A stretch of 64,000 bases of DNA from Cenarchaeum sp. (GTDB lineage: Archaea > Thermoproteota > Nitrososphaeria > Nitrososphaerales > Nitrosopumilaceae). Shown one piece after another: positions 38,084 to 46,953 of this stretch. The notes beneath the pieces are model-generated. The model made no database searches, was not told the DNA's origin, and saw only the letters and a list, made by a program, of their open reading frames with translations. The stretch's first letter is position 1. Every line of letters starts with the position of its first letter. The DNA is taken from assembly GCA_965242695.1 (NCBI GenBank), contig CBDESU010000002.1:960001-1024000 (forward strand), given 5' to 3'. The position numbers were made by a program, and so were the translations under genes.

Positions 38084-39001
38084 ATGGCAGCCCCGACCCT
38101 CTTCCGCTCCTTGGCGTTCGTGCCGGGCAACAACGCAAGGTTCCTGGAAAAGGCGCGCGCGCTGGGTGCCGATGTGGTCTGCCTCGACCTCGAGGACTCG
38201 GTTCCGCACCAGGAAAAGGCGGCGGCCCGGCGCATGGTCGCCGGCGCGGCGCGCGGCATGGCAGCGGAGGGGGCCGCCGCCGCGCGGTCGGTCTTTGTCA
38301 GGACAAACTCGCCGGCGTCAGGGATGATGGGTGACGACCTGGACGGAGCCCTTGTGGAGGGGATCGACGGGATTGTACTGCCAAAGGTCGACGATGCGGG
38401 GCAGGCCGCCGCGGCGGCGGCAGAGGCGGCCCGGACGGCGGCGGCCCGCGGCCTGCCCGAGCCCCTCGTGATTCCGTCGATCGAGTCGGCCGCCGGGGTG
38501 GTCAACTGCAATGCGATCGCGTCGGCCTCGCCGCGCGTGTGCGCCGTCGTCTTTGGCGTGTTCGACCTGCTCAACGACATGGGCATCGAGTACGGCAGGC
38601 CGCCGCCGGCCGCGGCGGCGCACGCGCGGGCGAGGATCGCGCTAGACTCGGCCGCGGCCGGCGTGCCCGCCATCGACGCCGTATGGCAGGACGTCTCGGA
38701 TATGGAGGGGCTTGCCGCCGACTGCCGCGAGGCGCGCGGCCTCGGGTACGCCGGCAAGAGCATCATACACCCGTCGCAGATAGCCGTCGCGCACGGGGCG
38801 TTCGCCCCGACGGCTGCCGAGGTCGAGCGGGCCAAGCGGACGCTTGTTGCGTACGAAGAGTCCGCGGGGCGCGGCCGTGGCGCGACCGTCCTCGCGGGCG
38901 GCAGCAGCAGGGAGATGATCGACGAGGTGCACTACAAGAGGGCCCTTGCCCTGCTCGAGGCGGCCGGCGAGCCCGTCGGCGGAGCGGCCGGGGATCGGTA
39001 G
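38084..39001 (+). CDS. CitE/HpcH family CoA-ester lyase
   Basis: RSLAFVPGN, DLEDSV, FVRTN, LPKV, IES..G, GK..IHPSQI, MID. Confidence 0.92.
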   Translation: MAAPTLFRSLAFVPGNNARFLEKARALGADVVCLDLEDSVPHQEKAAARRMVAGAARGMAAEGAAAARSVFVRTNSPASGMMGDDLDGALVEGIDGIVLPKVDDAGQAAAAAAEAARTAAARGLPEPLVIPSIESAAGVVNCNAIASASPRVCAVVFGVFDLLNDMGIEYGRPPPAAAAHARARIALDSAAAGVPAIDAVWQDVSDMEGLAADCREARGLGYAGKSIIHPSQIAVAHGAFAPTAAEVERAKRTLVAYEESAGRGRGATVLAGGSSREMIDEVHYKRALALLEAAGEPVGGAAGDR

Positions 39002-39061
39002 GCGCGGCAGGCCGCTGTGCCCGGGGCAACCGCTTTAGCCCGGCGGGTGCGGTGCCGCGGC

Positions 39062-39844
39062 ATGGGGAACGGAGGGGGGCGCGGCGGAGGCGGCCCCTCT
39101 GATCCGGTCGGCGACCTGCGGCGGCTCTTCGAGGCAGGCCGCTACGGCGATGCCGCCGAGTACTGCGAGACGATCCTGGCAAGGGATCCGGCCGACCTGA
39201 CTGCCCTGCACAACGCGGCGACTGCGCTCGTCCGCCTCGGCCGGCATGCCGATGCGCTCGCAAAGTGCGATGTTGTGCTCGCCGCCGATGCGTCCGATGC
39301 GCACGCGCTGCGCAACCGCGTGCTGGCGCTAGAGGGCCTCGGCCGGCATGCGGACGCGGCCGAGTCGTGCCGCGCCCTGCTCGCCCTGCCGGCCGGCTCC
39401 GTCCGGGACGGCATCGGGGGCGGGCGCGATGTCTGGTCGCACAACAGCCTCGGCCTCGCGCTGGCCCGCATGGGCCGCGATGCAGAGGCCGTGGAGTGCT
39501 TTGACGGCGCGCTTGACGTGGACCCGCGCAGCGTGACGGCCCTCATGAACAAGGCCCTCTCGTCGGAGCGGCTGGGTCGGGCCGAGGAGGCCGCCGCACT
39601 GTACGACATGGCCGCCGCCGCCGACCCGTCCGTCGCGCCGGACGCCTCGCGGGCCCGCGCGGCCGCGTACGCGAGGCTCGGCAGGGGCGACGAGTCGTTC
39701 CTGGCAGCGCAGGGCGTGCCAGACGCGGACATGCCGCGCATCATGCGCGATGCGGCCCGCAACGGGTGCACCGTCTTCCACCAGTTCTGCCAGGACGAGT
39801 ACGAGCGGATCGGGGACGGCCTGGGCGGGGCGGACGGCCGCTGA
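39062..39844 (+). CDS. Tetratricopeptide repeat protein
   Basis: Multiple TPR consensus repeats (AL.N.A.AL..LG...DA....D..L..DP). Confidence 0.88.
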   Translation: MGNGGGRGGGGPSDPVGDLRRLFEAGRYGDAAEYCETILARDPADLTALHNAATALVRLGRHADALAKCDVVLAADASDAHALRNRVLALEGLGRHADAAESCRALLALPAGSVRDGIGGGRDVWSHNSLGLALARMGRDAEAVECFDGALDVDPRSVTALMNKALSSERLGRAEEAAALYDMAAAADPSVAPDASRARAAAYARLGRGDESFLAAQGVPDADMPRIMRDAARNGCTVFHQFCQDEYERIGDGLGGADGR

Positions 39845-39859
39845 GGTGCGCCGTCCATG

Positions 39860-41233
39860 CTACCTCGTCACCGTCACGACGCTCTCGCGCAGCGGCATGT
39901 GGTGCCTCTGCGGGTTGCTCTTCCACTTGTCGCCGCGGGCGCGCAGCACCTCGATCTCGTACGAGGAAAAGCCGAGGTCGACGGCCAGGCGTCCGATCAG
40001 CTCGTCAGTCCTGACGTGCACTCCGTACGGCGCCGAGTCGCCGAGTACGAGGACGAACCTCCTGCCGCGGTCTAGCGTGTCGCGCACCTGCCCTACCACG
40101 GCGGCAATGTCCTCAAAGTACCCCGCCACCATCAGGTCGTACATCTTCCTGCCCGACCCGCCGGAGCGGATCGCGCCGAGCCTCCCGACTATACCGGACA
40201 GCTCGGCGTGCACCGCATTCGACACCTCCCTGACGGCCGGCATCGCGATCCTCTCCCCGTAGTCGCGCACGCGCACCTGCGTGGTCGCCGCCGTCATGAG
40301 GGCGTCGCGCACCCCCCTGGTGATCTCGCCCCAGCTCGAGTAGACGCCGAGAAAGAACGTCTCTAGGCGCGTCCTGTCCGCGTAGTCGTAGTTGTTCAGG
40401 TACGGCGGCGACGTGACGACCAGGTCTATGCGGTCCGGGCCGGCGTGCCGCGCAAACTGCCTTGCGTCGCCGTTGACGATCCTGTGGCTGGTGCGCCGGC
40501 CCGCCCGCGCCCCTCCGGCGTGGTCGTCGAGCGTGCGGGCGCCGGGCTCCGCCGCCCCTCCCGCGCCGCACCACGCCTCGAACTCGCGCAGGTCGCCGAG
40601 CATCATATTGCACTGCGCCCCGAACGCGTCGAGCGCGTCGCGCTCGGCCGCCTTTGATCCGCGCTTCGAGGGCGCTATGTACGGCCATCCCGTGCCGGCC
40701 TTGGCGGCGCGGCGCAGGGTCGCAACGAGTGCGAGCTTTAGGAAGTCGCGCGTGTGGCCGTCGCCGACCGCGCCTACGCGCTCGCGCAGCAGGTACAGCA
40801 GGCGCAGGTTTGCCGGCCCGTAGCACTTGTAGATCAGCTCGGGCCAGACGCCGCCGACGTCCAGGCCGGCGGCCGCCCCCCTTGCGCCGTCCACTACGCG
40901 GTTGTACTCGCGCCGTATGTCCGACTCGTCGTACCCGTCGTACACCTTTGTGCTTGCGACCCACCACACGAGCGGGTGCGCCTCTGTGCCGACCGAGTCG
41001 ATCCCGTACTGCCTGGCGGCCAGGCTCGTCGTGCCGGATCCTACGAACGGGTCGGCGACCACCGCGGGCGAGCCGGCCTCCAGCCCCGCGTCGCGAATCT
41101 TCGACTCGACGAGCCGGTAAGAGTAGCCGGCGGGGTACTCGAACCACCTGTGGACGGGGGCCGCCCTGCCGTCCTTGAACGACCCGTAGTCCTCCTGCAC
41201 GGCGCCGGCGCGCCGCCGCGGATATTTCCGCAT
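39860..41233 (-). CDS. DNA amino-methyltransferase, probably N4-cytosine
   Basis: H.WF.YPAGYS, motif I DPFVGSGTT, motif IV VTSPPYLNNYDY. Confidence 0.88.
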   Translation of the reverse strand: MRKYPRRRAGAVQEDYGSFKDGRAAPVHRWFEYPAGYSYRLVESKIRDAGLEAGSPAVVADPFVGSGTTSLAARQYGIDSVGTEAHPLVWWVASTKVYDGYDESDIRREYNRVVDGARGAAAGLDVGGVWPELIYKCYGPANLRLLYLLRERVGAVGDGHTRDFLKLALVATLRRAAKAGTGWPYIAPSKRGSKAAERDALDAFGAQCNMMLGDLREFEAWCGAGGAAEPGARTLDDHAGGARAGRRTSHRIVNGDARQFARHAGPDRIDLVVTSPPYLNNYDYADRTRLETFFLGVYSSWGEITRGVRDALMTAATTQVRVRDYGERIAMPAVREVSNAVHAELSGIVGRLGAIRSGGSGRKMYDLMVAGYFEDIAAVVGQVRDTLDRGRRFVLVLGDSAPYGVHVRTDELIGRLAVDLGFSSYEIEVLRARGDKWKSNPQRHHMPLRESVVTVTR

Positions 41234-41312
41234 TGCGGGGAGGCGCCGGCGCGCCGCCTCCAACGCCCAGAGGCCGCCGCGCCAATATACGGGCTGTTCC
41301 GGCCCCGCCGGC

Positions 41313-42287
41313 ATGGTCGGCAGCGGCGGCGCGGCTCTTCGCCGCCGCGGCGGGGCCGCACGGCGCCGGCGCACGGCTCCCGGCGGGCAGCGGCACGAGG
41401 CGGCCCGGCCGTTCACCGCCGTTCCGCAGGTCATGCCGTACCAGGGCAGCAAGCGGAGGATTGCCGGGGAGATACTGCGCCACTTTCCGGCCGGGACTGG
41501 GCGCGTGGTCGAGCCGTTTGCCGGCTCGGCCGCCGTGTCGGCGCATGCTGTCGCCAACCTGGGGGCGGAAAGGGTGTGGCTCAACGACGCGCACAGGCCG
41601 CTCATGTGGCTGTGGGGAGAGATTATTCGGAACCCGTCCGGGCTTGCGGCCGGATACGAGCGGCTCTGGCGGCCGAGCCCAGTTCGGGGGGATGCCGACT
41701 ACTATGCGGCGCGCGACCGGTTCAACGAGACGCACGACCCTGCTGACTTTCTGTACGTCCTAGCGCGCTGCGTAAAGGCCGCCGTCCGGTACAACGCCGG
41801 CGGCATGTTCAACAACTCCCCGGACAAGAGGCGGCGCGGCGCGCGGCCGGCCGAGATGAGGCGGAGGATATTCGCCGTCAGCGGCGTGCTTGGCGGCCGG
41901 GCGAGGCTTACGTCGTGGGGGTACGGGAGGGTCCTGCGCGGGTGCACGCCGGACGATATAGTCTACATGGATCCCCCGTACCAGGGCACGCAGGACGCGC
42001 GGGACAGGAGGTACTGGGGGCGGTTCTCGCACGACGAGTTCTGCGGCGAGATGGAGGATCTCAACCGCAGGCGGATCCCGTTCATCCTGTCGTACGACGG
42101 CCGGCTGGGCCGCCGCGCGTACGGCAGGGCCCTGCCGGGGTCGCTGGGCCTGCGCCGCATCGTGATACGGGCGGGGCGCTCGGCGCAGTCCACGCTGCTC
42201 GGGCGCGCAGACGACACGTACGAGTCGCTGTACCTGTCGCCGCACGTGGCGCGGCCGCGCGCCCGGCGCGCCGCGGACGACTTTTAA
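41313..42287 (+). CDS. Dam-like DNA adenine methyltransferase (D12 class)
   Basis: PYQGSKRR.A, EPFAGS, LND, RYN..G.FN, YMDPPY. Confidence 0.9.
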   Translation: MVGSGGAALRRRGGAARRRRTAPGGQRHEAARPFTAVPQVMPYQGSKRRIAGEILRHFPAGTGRVVEPFAGSAAVSAHAVANLGAERVWLNDAHRPLMWLWGEIIRNPSGLAAGYERLWRPSPVRGDADYYAARDRFNETHDPADFLYVLARCVKAAVRYNAGGMFNNSPDKRRRGARPAEMRRRIFAVSGVLGGRARLTSWGYGRVLRGCTPDDIVYMDPPYQGTQDARDRRYWGRFSHDEFCGEMEDLNRRRIPFILSYDGRLGRRAYGRALPGSLGLRRIVIRAGRSAQSTLLGRADDTYESLYLSPHVARPRARRAADDF

Positions 42288-42310
42288 CGCCCCGCCCCTC
42301 CCCGCCGCCC

Positions 42311-42904
42311 GTGTTCACCGGGATAGTCGAGGGGACGGGCCGGGTCGCGAGGATCGCCCCGTCCGGCGGCTCGTCGCGCAGCTCGACGCGAATGACGGTC
42401 GACCTGGGAAGCAAAGCCCGAACGGCGGGCCTGAAAAAGGGCCAGAGCGTCGCCGTCGACGGCGCGTGTCTTACCGTCGTCGCGCGGTCGGGCACAAAAT
42501 GCGACTTTGAGATGATCGACGAGACGATGGAGCGTACTGCCCTAGGCGGCCTGGCGCGCGGCGACCGTGTAAACATAGAGCGCTCGCTGCGCGCAAACGC
42601 CCGGCTAGAGGGCCACTTTGTCCTCGGACACGTGGACGGCGTAGGCAGGATCGCCAGCGTGCGCCAAGAGCCGGGCCAGGTGCGCATCGCCGTCCGCCTG
42701 CCGCGCCGCCTCGCCCGCCATGTAGTCAAAAAGGGATCGATCGCCGTCGACGGGGTCAGCCTCACGGTAGCGGCCGTGAGGGGAACGACGGCCGAGGTCT
42801 GCCTCATACCGCACACGGTCCGTACGACCAACTTTGCCTCTAGGCGCGCAGGCGATGCCGTCAACATAGAGACCGATATCCTCGCAAAGTACGCCCTCCG
42901 CTAG
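42311..42904 (+). CDS. ribE: Riboflavin synthase (bacterial-type alpha chain)
   Basis: (M)FTGIVE, G.SVAVDGACLTV, VNIERSL, GHFVLGHVDG, KGSIAVDGVSLTV, VNIETD. Confidence 0.95.
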   Translation: MFTGIVEGTGRVARIAPSGGSSRSSTRMTVDLGSKARTAGLKKGQSVAVDGACLTVVARSGTKCDFEMIDETMERTALGGLARGDRVNIERSLRANARLEGHFVLGHVDGVGRIASVRQEPGQVRIAVRLPRRLARHVVKKGSIAVDGVSLTVAAVRGTTAEVCLIPHTVRTTNFASRRAGDAVNIETDILAKYALR

Positions 42905-42948
42905 TACCAGGATGCTGGTATCGACCGGTTTTCCGGTAAGCTATATAA
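42905..42948 (+). promoter_or_regulatory. ribB promoter: two tandem 16-bp palindromes plus TATA box
   Basis: TACCAG-GATG-CTGGTA (42905-42920), GACCGG-TTTT-CCGGTA (42923-42938), TATATAA (42942-42948). Confidence 0.7.
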
Positions 42949-42972
42949 CTAGGGCCCCCGCAGGCGGCGGGC

Positions 42973-43659
42973 ATGGAGGGGATCGGCGCGGCCGTCGACT
43001 CGCTCAGGCGCGGCGAGTTCGTCCTGGTCCACGACTCGGCCGGCCGCGAGAACGAGGTCGACATGGTCGTGGCAGCCGACGCGGCGACCCCCGAGCACAT
43101 CGCCCGGATGCGCCAGCATGCGGGCGGGCTGATCTGCCTGGCCGTCGGCGCGCGGTTCGGGCGGAGCCTCGGCCTGAGGTACATGCACGACATGCTCGCC
43201 GAGTCGCTCGACGGCGAGGCCAGGGCGATGGTGCAGGGGCTGGCCCCGTACGGCGACCACCCGACGTTCTCGATCTCGGTCAACCACTACCAGACGTTTA
43301 CCGGCGTGACGGACCGCGACAGGGCCCTTACGGTGAGGGAGCTCGCCGCCCTGCACGCGCTGCCCGAGCCCCGCCGCCGGTTCGCCTCGTCCTTCAAGGC
43401 GCCCGGCCACGTGCCGCTGCTGCTCGCGTCCGAGGGGATGCTCGCGCGCAGGCGCGGCCACACGGAGATGTCGGCGTACCTGGCAGAGGCCGCCGGCATG
43501 CCGCCGGCGGCGGCCATATGCGAGATGATGGACGCGCAGACGTACGCGGCAATGTCCGTCGAGAGGGCCGCCGAGTACGCCCGGCACAACGGCATCCCGC
43601 TAGTCGACGGCGCCGAGATCGTCAGGGCCGCGGCGGCCTCGAGGGTGCGCCGGCCATGA
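42973..43659 (+). CDS. ribB: 3,4-dihydroxy-2-butanone 4-phosphate synthase
   Basis: D..RENE.D, GGLIC, TGVTD.DR..T, F..PGHV, R.GHTE, ICEM. Confidence 0.95.
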   Translation: MEGIGAAVDSLRRGEFVLVHDSAGRENEVDMVVAADAATPEHIARMRQHAGGLICLAVGARFGRSLGLRYMHDMLAESLDGEARAMVQGLAPYGDHPTFSISVNHYQTFTGVTDRDRALTVRELAALHALPEPRRRFASSFKAPGHVPLLLASEGMLARRRGHTEMSAYLAEAAGMPPAAAICEMMDAQTYAAMSVERAAEYARHNGIPLVDGAEIVRAAAASRVRRP

Positions 43660-44069
43660 ACGTCGCGTTCGTCGTGTCCCGGTTCAACGGCGAGATCACG
43701 TCGCGCATGCTAGCGGTCGCCAGGGAAAAGGCCGCCGCCATGGGCCTGTCGGTAGCGCAGGTGCGGACCGTCCCCGGCGCGTACGACATGCCCGTTGTGG
43801 TCGACGCGCTGCTCGGCCGCGGCGACGTTGATGCGGTAGTCGCGCTCGGGGCCATCATACGGGGGCAGACGCGGCACGACGAGGCGATCGCGCACGCGGC
43901 CTTTTCGGCCCTAGCCGACATATCGGTGAGGCGCGGCAAGCCGGTCGCGCTCGGGATCACGGGGCCGGGGATGCACGAGCGGCAGGCGTACGCGCGTATA
44001 CGGCCCGCGGCCGAGAGGGCCGTCGAGGCCGCGGCGGCGACGTCGGCCGAGCTGGGGAGGATCGGGTGA
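43656..44069 (+). CDS. ribH: 6,7-dimethyl-8-ribityllumazine synthase
   Basis: VVSRFN..IT..M, VPGAYD.P, DAVVALGAIIRG.T.HD, PV.LGI. Confidence 0.95.
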   Translation: MNVAFVVSRFNGEITSRMLAVAREKAAAMGLSVAQVRTVPGAYDMPVVVDALLGRGDVDAVVALGAIIRGQTRHDEAIAHAAFSALADISVRRGKPVALGITGPGMHERQAYARIRPAAERAVEAAAATSAELGRIG

Positions 44070-44890
44070 GCGGAGGGATGGGCGGCGCCTCCGCGGCGGC
44101 GCAGCCGCGCGTGCAGCTTACCATATTGAGGATATCGGGGTACGGGCCGTGGACGCTAGAGCTCGGCAGCGACAGGGAGCACCGCCTCCAGATGCTCCAG
44201 GCGTCTCTGTACCGCGACGTGCAGGAGCGCTTCTCGGCGGACGGCTGCCTTGCGTTCCACAACAGGGCCGACGAGTTCTTTGTCGTCTCCAACGGGATGG
44301 GCCTCGACGGGCACGTCCGGATACACCGCGCGCTGGAGGAGCGCACGCCCGAGGTACGGCTCGCCGCATCCGTCGGGTCGGACGCGGACCCGTTCGGGGC
44401 CAACCTGGCGGCCCACAGGGCCCGGGTGGGGGGGCGGAAGCTCTGCGGGGATCCGCTGGTGTACGGCGAGGGCATGGATGGGGACGGGGCGCCCGGGGCC
44501 GTCACCGTACTGCACATGGACGTCGAGAACCTGACGGCCGCGTCCGAGGCGGCCTCGCCGTACGAGGTGTCCGCGTCGATCGTCGCGCTGCACGGCAGGA
44601 TGGCAGAGTTCTTCGTCGCAAACAGGGCCCTGTCGTTCTTCATGGGAGGCGACAACTTCATGGTCGTGTGCGGGGCGGGGGCGGGCCCCGGCGGGAAGGA
44701 TCCGGCGGCCCTGGCGCGCGAGTTCGTCGGCGCGGCGCGCGGCGCCGGGACGGTCCTCAACTGCGGGGTCGGCACGGGCCGGACGGGGCGCGAGGCGGCG
44801 CGGCGCGCGACCGCGTCCCTTGACGGCATACGGCGGATCAGGGAGTCGGGCGGGGATCCGCCCAGGGTGTACGAGCTGCCGTGCTCCTGA
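44066..44890 (+). CDS. gch3: GTP cyclohydrolase III
   Basis: I.GYGPWT..LG.DREH.LQ.LQA.LY, FMGGDNF, GVG.G. Confidence 0.92.
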   Translation: MSGGMGGASAAAQPRVQLTILRISGYGPWTLELGSDREHRLQMLQASLYRDVQERFSADGCLAFHNRADEFFVVSNGMGLDGHVRIHRALEERTPEVRLAASVGSDADPFGANLAAHRARVGGRKLCGDPLVYGEGMDGDGAPGAVTVLHMDVENLTAASEAASPYEVSASIVALHGRMAEFFVANRALSFFMGGDNFMVVCGAGAGPGGKDPAALAREFVGAARGAGTVLNCGVGTGRTGREAARRATASLDGIRRIRESGGDPPRVYELPCS

Positions 44891-46197
44891 GGAACGCGTG
44901 CGCCCTGGTCGGGCCGCGCCTGTCGCTTGCCCCGCGGGCAGACATCGGCGAGTCGGGAGGCGCGTTCGACCGCGTCGTGCTGCGGGGGGCGCGCCCGAGG
45001 CCGCGCCGCGGCGAGGCCGTATACGACTGCGAGGGGCTGCTTGCGGTGCCGGCCCTTGTCAACGCGCACACGCACGTGGGCGACTCGATAGCAAAGGATG
45101 CGGCGCCGGGCCGGACGGTCGACGAGAGGGTGCATCCGGTGCTCGGCGCAAAGCCGAGGATACTGGCCCGGAGCAGGCCGGACCACCTAGAGTCGATGAT
45201 GCGTGCGGCATGCGCGTCGATGCTCGCCGGCGGGACGACGACCTTTGCCGACTTTAGGGAGGGGGGCGTCGAGGGGGCCGCCATGCTGGCCCGGGCCGCC
45301 TCGGGCCTGCCGGTGAGGGCAGTCATACTCGGCCGTCTCGAGGCGTACGGGGATGCGGGGGGAGTGGCGGCGGCCGCGGCCGCGGAACGGCGGAGGACGG
45401 GGCGGCGCCCGACAGGGCCCGCGAATTCTGTTCGCGGCCCGGCGCACGGCGTCACCGCGGCCGGGATTGCGCGCCTGCTGTCCCGCTGCGACGGCATCGG
45501 GCTTAGCGGGCCCAACGAAAACTCGGATGCGGCGCTCGGGGCGTACGCCCGCGCCGTGCGGCGCCCGCGCCTGAGGGCGATCCACGCGGCCGAGACGGCG
45601 GCGAGCTCGGCCGCATCGAGGCGGCGCACGGGGCGCACCGAGGCGGAAAGGGCCCTGCTGCTCCACCCGCACATCCTCGTGCACATGACGCACGCGACGG
45701 ACACCGACTTGCGGGCGGCCGCCCGCGCAGGCGCGTCCATCGTTGTGTGCCCACGCTCGAACGCGGCCCTCGGCGCGGGCCTGCCGGACGTCCCGCGCAT
45801 GCTCGCCGCCGGGTGCCGCGTCGCGCTCGGCACCGACAACGTAATGGTCAACGCGCCGGACATGTTCCGCGAGATGGACTACCTGGGCAGGGCCACCGAG
45901 GCGGCGCAGGTGGGGCGGGGCGGCGGCCGGAGGCGCGGCCGCGGCACCCCGCCCGGGGCGCAGCCGCTAGATGCCAGGGCGATCCTCCGCATGGCCACGG
46001 TGGACGGCGGCGCGGCCCTGCGCCGGAAGGTCGGGGCGATCGCGCGCGGGATGGCCGCCGACTGCATGCTCATCGAGAGGCACTCGGTCGACCTAGAGCC
46101 GATGCACGACCCGTGGGCCGCCGTCGTCCACCGGGCGTCCGCATCGTCGGTTCGGGCAGTCGTCTCGGGCGGGAGAATAGTCCATGGCCGCATCTAG
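44881..46197 (+). CDS. Metal-dependent amidohydrolase, deaminase-type
   Basis: NAHTHVGD, IHAAE, VHMTH, CPRSN, LGTDN; overlaps both neighbouring riboflavin genes. Confidence 0.88.
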   Translation: MLLRNACALVGPRLSLAPRADIGESGGAFDRVVLRGARPRPRRGEAVYDCEGLLAVPALVNAHTHVGDSIAKDAAPGRTVDERVHPVLGAKPRILARSRPDHLESMMRAACASMLAGGTTTFADFREGGVEGAAMLARAASGLPVRAVILGRLEAYGDAGGVAAAAAAERRRTGRRPTGPANSVRGPAHGVTAAGIARLLSRCDGIGLSGPNENSDAALGAYARAVRRPRLRAIHAAETAASSAASRRRTGRTEAERALLLHPHILVHMTHATDTDLRAAARAGASIVVCPRSNAALGAGLPDVPRMLAAGCRVALGTDNVMVNAPDMFREMDYLGRATEAAQVGRGGGRRRGRGTPPGAQPLDARAILRMATVDGGAALRRKVGAIARGMAADCMLIERHSVDLEPMHDPWAAVVHRASASSVRAVVSGGRIVHGRI

Positions 46198-46894
46198 GCC
46201 GCGCGTGATCCTCAGCGCGGCGTCAAGCATCGACGGGCGCATAGCCGCCTCGCCGCGCGACTCGCGGCTGTCGTCGCCGGCGGATGTGCGCCGCGTCCAC
46301 CGCCTGCGCGCCGCGTGCGATGCAATCATAGTCGGCCGCCGGACCGTCGATGCCGACGACCCGATGCTCACGGCGCGGCCCCTGCGGGGGGCGCCCGGCG
46401 GCAGGAGGGGGGGAAAGGCGCGGCAGCCGCTGCGCGTCGTCGTCAGCGCGCGCGCCGCCGTGCCGCCGGGCTCGCGGCTGGTCAGCACGGCAGCCGCCGT
46501 GCCGACGCTCGTCGCGTGCAGCAGGGCCGCGCCGCGCCGCGCAGTGGAGGCGCTCGAGAAGAGATCCGTCAAGGTCTTTGTATCGGGGGCCCGGTCGGTC
46601 GACCTGCGCGCCCTGCTGGGCCACCTGCGCGGCCTGGGCGCAAGGACCGTCCTGCTGGAGGGCGGAGGCGAGACGAACTGGCGGTTCGTCAGGCTCGGGC
46701 TGGTCGACGAGATCCGCCTGGCCGTCGCGCCGGTCGTCATCGGCGGGGGCGCTGCCGGCGGCCCGGGCCGGTCCGTTCCGCTCGTCGGCGGCGCCGGCTT
46801 TTCCACTGTGGCGGCCTCGGCCCGGTTCCGCCTGGCATCGGCCCGCCGGCTTGCCGGCGGCGAAGAGGTCGTCCTGACATATGTACGGCGCTAG
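46184..46894 (+). CDS. RibD C-terminal-type pyrimidine reductase (archaeal ArfC/Rib7-like)
   Basis: RP.V....A.SIDG.IA, H.LRA..DAI.VG..TV..DDP.LT.R, LEGGG..N..F...LVDE. Confidence 0.92.
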   Translation: MAASRPRVILSAASSIDGRIAASPRDSRLSSPADVRRVHRLRAACDAIIVGRRTVDADDPMLTARPLRGAPGGRRGGKARQPLRVVVSARAAVPPGSRLVSTAAAVPTLVACSRAAPRRAVEALEKRSVKVFVSGARSVDLRALLGHLRGLGARTVLLEGGGETNWRFVRLGLVDEIRLAVAPVVIGGGAAGGPGRSVPLVGGAGFSTVAASARFRLASARRLAGGEEVVLTYVRR

Positions 46895-46953
46895 GCTCCC
46901 GCGCCGGAGGCGTATGCGGTCGCCGGAGCGGCCCAATGTTGCCTCTGGCCGGA

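Noticed and set aside
42905-42972. FMN riboswitch upstream of ribB
   Set aside because: Too short, lacks RFN consensus, and the palindromes lie upstream of the TATA box, so they are not transcribed with ribB.
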